Source: Candidatus Midichloria mitochondrii IricVA
GTDB taxonomy: Bacteria; Pseudomonadota; Alphaproteobacteria; Rickettsiales; Midichloriaceae
NCBI RefSeq assembly: GCF_000219355.1
Contig: NC_015722.1
Coordinates: 270,001-302,000, forward strand
Reading direction: 5' to 3'
Length of the DNA stretch: 32,000 nucleotides
A model generated the notes under the pieces. That model did no database searches, was not told the DNA's origin, and saw only the letters and a list, made by a program, of their open reading frames with translations. A program made the translations under genes and the position numbers. Numbering within the stretch: position 1 is the first letter of the stretch; each line of letters starts with the position of its first letter. Of the stretch, positions 27,245 through 32,000 are shown piece after piece.

Positions 27245-27705
27245 TTACCTCAAACCGGGGTTAACTATATTATCTAATTTTCCATCAGAATTTAAATCAT
27301 CTAATGCCAACTCTCTAGCCCCAGAACCGATACTATAAAAAACAGCAGACTTAAAAGTACCATCACCATTGCCTAACAGTATGGACACAGTAGTTGAACC
27401 ATAATTAGTATTTACCATATCTAGCTTGTCATCATGAAGTAACAGCCAGCCGCACCAAAAATGCCATTGCCGCTTCCTATTAATATGGAGATTGTATTCA
27501 GCCACTAAATCTTGTTTCCCGTCGCTATTAAAATCCCCTGCTCCTAGCAACGTTTGGCTCGCCATCATCATTGAAGTTTCCTACAGCAACATCCACCGGG
27601 TTATTGCCAACACCGGTGCTTGAAGCCAGTGCAAAAATTATTACTCACTTTTTACCTTCCACGCGCGTTGCTGTACCAAGACTATAATATATCTGATTAA
27701 TCATG
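27245..27705 (-). pseudogene. FG-GAP repeat protein remnant (frameshifted, truncated)
   Basis: Track ORF 27245..27571 contains GAGDFNSDGKQDLVAE, NTNYGSTTVSILLGNGDGTFKSAVFYSIGSGARELALDDLNSDGKLD. Upstream in another frame are ALASSTGVGNNPVDVAVGNFNDDG and a short start fragment MINQIYYSLGTATRVEGKK* (ATG at 27705). Confidence 0.65.
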
Positions 27706-28359
27706 CAACCAAATTCTGCGAAACTAGGATAACAATCTTGTTGACCAAAAAATAAAAACCACAATAATTAGTTTGTAGTGGGTTTTTTAACCACCCCTTA
27801 TAAAGCTCTATGGGGATCACCACCGAAACAGCGTACATGAATAAGCACTATTCTTTTGCGTCAAGCAATAGACCATAATCAACATACACACCTAACTTCT
27901 GCCCTAAATTTCATGTATTTACAATCTCATATTCAAGAACATTTTATCAAGAACATCTTTTAGAACTTTTGCAATATCATCATCTATACGTTATTAATCG
28001 ACAAAAATTCTAGGCGGATGTGGCACACAGGTCACAGGAGCAAAAATCTGGGTTATGACACTGTCTTACATAACCTCTTCCAGGTTACGATAACATATGC
28101 CAATCAAAATTGTGCCGAGACATCAAACAAGACCGCATATATCAAGCTGAATACTACGATCTGCTTGCTACTTATAAACCGTTCGTTATTTATTTAGATA
28201 AGCAGGATGCCGCTTCTCTTGAAATAAAAATGGAAGAAATAGAAGATTTAATTTGTTCAAAGCCCAATTAGTTATACCGAATATTAAAATTAAATTGTGT
28301 TGGCCTTCAGTATATTTTATATTCATTAAGATGAAACTGGTTTTATCTATTATTCAAAT

Positions 28360-29628
28360 ATGCAGCGTGTTATTTGGTTCTTGGTGTTCAATGCTTTGTC
28401 CTCAATAGCATTTGCAAATGAACAACCAGAAGGCGGTACTAAGGATGTAATTCAATTGATTAATGAAAGTGAAAACCCTCCTTTATCTAACGAATTTTCA
28501 GATGTTGAGTACGTGCCCTCGCCCCTTACAAGACAAAATGTAGAAGATTATCTAAATCAACAACGCAAAGAGAAATTACCAATTAATATATCGGATGACT
28601 TAACAGAAAACTTGTCAGGTCTTGATTTATCAGGCTTAAACTTTAGTAATGCGAAGATGTTAAGAGTACAACTAATGAATTCTAATATATCTGACGTAAA
28701 TTTTAGCAACGCCTATATGGAAGAGATTAACTTAGTTGGTGCCAATGCGCTTAGAGCTAATTTTACCAACGCAAGTATTGCAGCTTCTAATTTTGAAAAA
28801 GCTAACTTAACGAATGCTGTTTTAAATAACACCTATGCTGAAGAAGTAATTTTCAAAAATGCCAACTTAGAAAGCACATTAATTACTAATTCTAACTTGA
28901 ATTTTGCTGATTTTACAGAAGCTATACTAAACAACACCAAACTTATTTATTCCTCCGCAACAAACGTTAATTTTGCCAACAGTAAGGGTAATCACTTGAA
29001 CCTTAAGCAATCTGATTTAACAAAAGCTAACTTAAGCAATATCTCTTGGTCGAATCCCAACTTGGAGAGCGTGACCTTAAATGAAGCAGATCTTACCAAT
29101 GCCAACTTTATTAAGGCAAACTTATTTGCGATGATAGCACGTAAAGCCACTATGAATAATATAAGTATCCAAGGTGCTTATGCAGAAGCTGCTGATTTTA
29201 ATTACTCTAAAATCACTAATGCTAATCTCAAGGGAATAGTCTTTAATAATGCATTCTGCAGGTATTGTGACCTGTCTAATTCAAATTTTAGCATATCAAT
29301 GCTGTCTAACACTGATTTCAGCTACGCTAATTTAAGTAGCATTAATTTAACCTCCGCTATCTTAAGTGAAGCTATAATGATTGATACCAAAATGTCTCAA
29401 TCAATTTTAGATAGAGCGTTTTTAAGCGGAGCTAACCTTTCTTTCTCCGATTTTAGTAATGCAAATATCATCGAATCCAATTTCGATCAATCCAATCTAA
29501 GATCAGCAATATTTTCAAATGCTAAATTTGAAAATAATACTTTTAACAAAGTAATCGGTATTTCTCAAAATGATATTGACCGATTAACTAAACCCGTTAT
29601 TAATACTTCTGATAACAAATTGGCTTAA
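28360..29628 (+). CDS. secreted or periplasmic pentapeptide-repeat protein
   Basis: The 422-aa ORF has an N-terminal Sec-type signal (MQRVIWFLVFNALSSIAFA/NEQ) and an approximately 75-aa non-repeat linker. About 330 aa of near-uninterrupted A(D/N)LXX pentapeptides follow (NLSGLDLSGLNFSNAKMLRVQLMNSNISDVNFSNAYMEEINLVGANALRANFTNASI...). A weak sigma70-like promoter candidate is TTGTGT (28295-28300), 17 nt spacer, TATATT (28318-28323). Confidence 0.85.
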   Translation: MQRVIWFLVFNALSSIAFANEQPEGGTKDVIQLINESENPPLSNEFSDVEYVPSPLTRQNVEDYLNQQRKEKLPINISDDLTENLSGLDLSGLNFSNAKMLRVQLMNSNISDVNFSNAYMEEINLVGANALRANFTNASIAASNFEKANLTNAVLNNTYAEEVIFKNANLESTLITNSNLNFADFTEAILNNTKLIYSSATNVNFANSKGNHLNLKQSDLTKANLSNISWSNPNLESVTLNEADLTNANFIKANLFAMIARKATMNNISIQGAYAEAADFNYSKITNANLKGIVFNNAFCRYCDLSNSNFSISMLSNTDFSYANLSSINLTSAILSEAIMIDTKMSQSILDRAFLSGANLSFSDFSNANIIESNFDQSNLRSAIFSNAKFENNTFNKVIGISQNDIDRLTKPVINTSDNKLA

Positions 29629-29639
29629 AAACGAATTAA

Positions 29640-30074
29640 ATGAAAGAATTTGTTTTAAATAATTATTTGTTAATTAAATCCTTACATATTATAGCAATTA
29701 TTTGCTGGATGGCTGGCTCGCTTTATCTTCCACGATTATTTGTTTACCATACTAGATTCTCACCTAAATCAGAAGCATATGAGACCTTTCTGACGATGGA
29801 ATTCAAATTAATTAGATATATTATGACTCCAAGCATGCTCTGCGCATTTTTATCTGGAGAGCTATTAATATATGCTCAAGAAATGACAACATGGTTGCAT
29901 GTCAAATTGACAGCCGTGATGTTGTTAGCAACCATGCATGGGCTAATGATAAGGTACTACAAAAATTTCTATAATCATACCAATACCCAATCTGAAAAAT
30001 TTTTTAGATTCCTTAACGAAATACCAACTATCCTAATGATTTTAATAGTTATGATGGCTGTAATGAAACCATGA
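29640..30074 (+). CDS. hemJ: protoporphyrinogen IX oxidase HemJ
   Basis: The 144-aa four-TM protein has LIKSLHIIAIICWMAGSLYLPRLFVYH. This matches the HemJ/UPF0093 signature (K.LH....I.WMAG..YLPRLFVYH). Confidence 0.85.
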   Translation: MKEFVLNNYLLIKSLHIIAIICWMAGSLYLPRLFVYHTRFSPKSEAYETFLTMEFKLIRYIMTPSMLCAFLSGELLIYAQEMTTWLHVKLTAVMLLATMHGLMIRYYKNFYNHTNTQSEKFFRFLNEIPTILMILIVMMAVMKP

Positions 30075-31243
30075 AAAACGTTATATTAGGAATATCTGGA
30101 AGTATAGCAGCATATAAAGCCATCGAACTAGCAAAACTGTTAATCAATGCTAATTATAATATTAATATAGTTTTATCGAAGTCAGCTACTGATTTTATCT
30201 CACCTTTAACTCTTAAATCATTATTTCCTAAAAAAGTTTTTCTTGCAGAGGGAACTTTAGATGATCATGATCAAATGCTTCATATCAGCCTTGCTAAACA
30301 AGCCGGCCTCATTTTAATTGCTCCTTGCTCTGCCAATATGATTGCAAACTTAAGTAATGGAAGCGCCCCTTGTTTATTAACTTCATTATGTCTTGCGACA
30401 AAAGCGAAAACCGTCTTAGCCCCGGCCATGAATGTGGTAATGTGGGAGAACCTTATAGTGCAAGCTAATATAAAAAAATTAAAAGAGCGTGGAATGCTCA
30501 TTATCCCTCCAAGCAGCGGAAAGCAAGCCTGCGGCGATAACGGAGTTGGCAGAATGCCCGAACCCCACAATATTTTAGAATACATTGCTAGTATTGACTT
30601 TGTATCATATCATACATTAAAGGGAAAGAAAGCAATTGTTACTGCCGGCCCAACTCATGAGAAAATTGATCCTGTAAGATTTATAAGCAACTGTAGCTCT
30701 GGAAAAATGGGCTATAATTTAGCGAAGGCTGCTCAGATGTTAGGAGCTACGGTCACATTAATATCTGGACCCACCTCTTTAAATCCTCCAGAAAATATGG
30801 AATTGATTAGGGTGAACTCAGCTCAAGAAATGTTTGAAGCTGCTCACCGGAAAGCAGCAAACTGTGATATATTTATCTCAGCAGCAGCTGTTGCTGATTA
30901 TAAGCCGAAATCTATTTCCATAGAAAAAATTAAAAAGGGCGCTGACTTCAGCTTAAAATTAGAGAAAAATCCTGATATAATTTATGAAATAAAGTCCCAA
31001 TTCCCTCATATATTTTGTTTAGGCTTTGCGGCAGAAACTACTAACCACCTAGAATACGGCTATCAAAAATTAAAGGCAAAAAATTTAGATGCGATTGCTA
31101 TTAACGATGTATCCAAAGGGAAAGTGTTTAATGAGGATTATAATGAATTAACCGTCATTACTAAAAACGGTACGGAATTTGTAATTGAAAAAAATCCAAA
31201 ATTGGAAGTAGCTTTTAAGCTCTTATGTACTTTACTTAAATAA
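30071..31243 (+). CDS. coaBC: bifunctional phosphopantothenoylcysteine decarboxylase / phosphopantothenate--cysteine ligase
   Basis: The N-terminal flavoprotein domain has KNVILGISGSIAAYKAIELAKLL and APAMN..MW. The C-terminal CoaB domain has VTAGPTHEKIDPVRFISNCSSGKMG and ISAAAVADYKPK. The start overlaps the hemJ stop by 4 nt. Confidence 0.92.
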   Translation: MKNVILGISGSIAAYKAIELAKLLINANYNINIVLSKSATDFISPLTLKSLFPKKVFLAEGTLDDHDQMLHISLAKQAGLILIAPCSANMIANLSNGSAPCLLTSLCLATKAKTVLAPAMNVVMWENLIVQANIKKLKERGMLIIPPSSGKQACGDNGVGRMPEPHNILEYIASIDFVSYHTLKGKKAIVTAGPTHEKIDPVRFISNCSSGKMGYNLAKAAQMLGATVTLISGPTSLNPPENMELIRVNSAQEMFEAAHRKAANCDIFISAAAVADYKPKSISIEKIKKGADFSLKLEKNPDIIYEIKSQFPHIFCLGFAAETTNHLEYGYQKLKAKNLDAIAINDVSKGKVFNEDYNELTVITKNGTEFVIEKNPKLEVAFKLLCTLLK

Positions 31244-31247
31244 AAAG

Positions 31248-31511
31248 ATGAAGGAACTAACCAAAAAATTATACTTTAGAAGCCTAAACAGAGGCTGTAA
31301 GGAGCTGGATATTATTATCGGGCAATTTGCCAAACTTTACTTAGATAAAATGACATTACCTGAGCTTTTAGGGTATCGAGACCTTTTAGAACTAAACGAT
31401 AATTATCTTTATAATTATATTAGTGAAGCCATTAAAAGTGATTCCCGAACCATTGAGGGAACTATAATGAAAAAAATTGTTGATTTCGTTAAGTTAAGAT
31501 CTAGCAATTAA
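31248..31511 (+). CDS. sdhE: FAD assembly factor SdhE (succinate dehydrogenase assembly factor 2)
   Basis: The 87-aa ORF has LYFRSLNRGCKELDIIIGQF...ELLGYRDLLELNDNYLYNYI, which carries the RGxxE(L)D motif. The length matches SdhE/YgfY as I recall it. Confidence 0.8.
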   Translation: MKELTKKLYFRSLNRGCKELDIIIGQFAKLYLDKMTLPELLGYRDLLELNDNYLYNYISEAIKSDSRTIEGTIMKKIVDFVKLRSSN

Positions 31512-31712
31512 ATTTAAGCAATACAACTTCTATATATTTTTTAATAAGACGCTAAAGCCTTAGCAGCCTTCTTTATTTAATTCAAAAATTCTTCTTCACA
31601 GCTCTATTGCAAATTATATAATATATACAAGCAAGAAAGTGCTCCCCCGCTGTGATTTATGTGATTTTGTTGCGGCGCGTTGACGAGGCAGTGGGCTACT
31701 TGAGGCTTAGAT

Positions 31713-31941
31713 ATGAATGAGTTAATGCTAAAACTTTTTTATTCAATCATGATTGGTATTGTAATCTCCGCTCCTATTGGGCCCGTAAGTGTATTATGCA
31801 TCAGATACACCTTTAAAACAAAGTTTATTAGCAGGTATTATTGTAGGAATTGGGGCTGCTAGTGGCGATATAATTGTTATTTTTAAGTTTACATTCTATT
31901 TATACCGAAAGAACTGCAAAAGTAGAGATCAATCCTACTAA
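31713..31941 (+). pseudogene. LysE/RhtB-family translocator remnant (frameshifted, truncated)
   Basis: It falls below the ORF-track size cut-off. ATG at 31713 gives MNELMLKLFYSIMIGIVISAPIGPVSVLCIRYT. After a frame change near 31810 the reading continues LKQSLLAGIIVGIGAASGDIIVIF. Together these give the LysE-family N-terminal pattern (PIGP...LCI..TL..G...G...G.GAA.GD). The sequence degenerates and stops at 31939-31941. Confidence 0.45.
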
Positions 31942-32000
31942 GTATAAAAGGGGTGATTCGAACAAATATATCTTCACCATTTCTTTCTTTACCACCATAC

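Noticed and set aside
27755-27790. Hairpin aaaaccac-N15-gtgggtttttt resembling a bidirectional intrinsic terminator
   Set aside because: The stem is short, AT-rich and bulged, with a 15-nt loop. No intact gene converges on it from either side.
28600-29560. 15-bp periodic DNA repetition (aattttagcaa / gctaactta...), considered as a possible tandem repeat or CRISPR-like array
   Set aside because: The periodicity is the coding consequence of pentapeptide repeats within one long ORF. Units are degenerate, with no conserved repeat and unique spacer structure.

Overview
AT-rich window that looks like a reduced alphaproteobacterial, Rickettsiales-like endosymbiont chromosome. The lineage call is an inference from a TrcR/DUF1013 protein, alpha-type AddB, HemJ, SdhE, a VirB4-like gene and isolated flagellar export genes. 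Most of the window is tightly packed housekeeping genes. On the minus strand: dapB-dapA-dapD, tRNA-Val and tRNA-Asp, trcR, a sodium:solute symporter, fliR-flhB-ccmA-ccmB, rbfA, a zinc-finger protein, coaX, birA, mfd and an APC permease. On the plus strand: csrA-acnA, glpX, recO, an orphan efflux adaptor, addB, a secreted pentapeptide-repeat protein, hemJ, coaBC and sdhE. A VirB4-like gene runs off the left edge. Three GC-richer patches are decaying accessory DNA: three FG-GAP repeat gene remnants, two degraded IS982-family copies in inverted orientation bracketing about 12 kb, and a LysE-family remnant at the right edge. Core genes also show decay. mfd carries three in-frame stops and has lost its C-terminal domain. 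fliR is split by a frameshift in a T9 homopolymer. I saw no rRNA, CRISPR array, prophage, or recognisable defence or toxin system, and I cannot point to a convincing new multi-gene system. The most checkable leads are the fliR homopolymer frameshift, the IS-bracketed segment with synteny breaks, csrA next to flagellar genes in an alphaproteobacterial background, and the signal-peptide pentapeptide-repeat protein. All homology calls come from reading the translations and from memory of family motifs; no database search was run.
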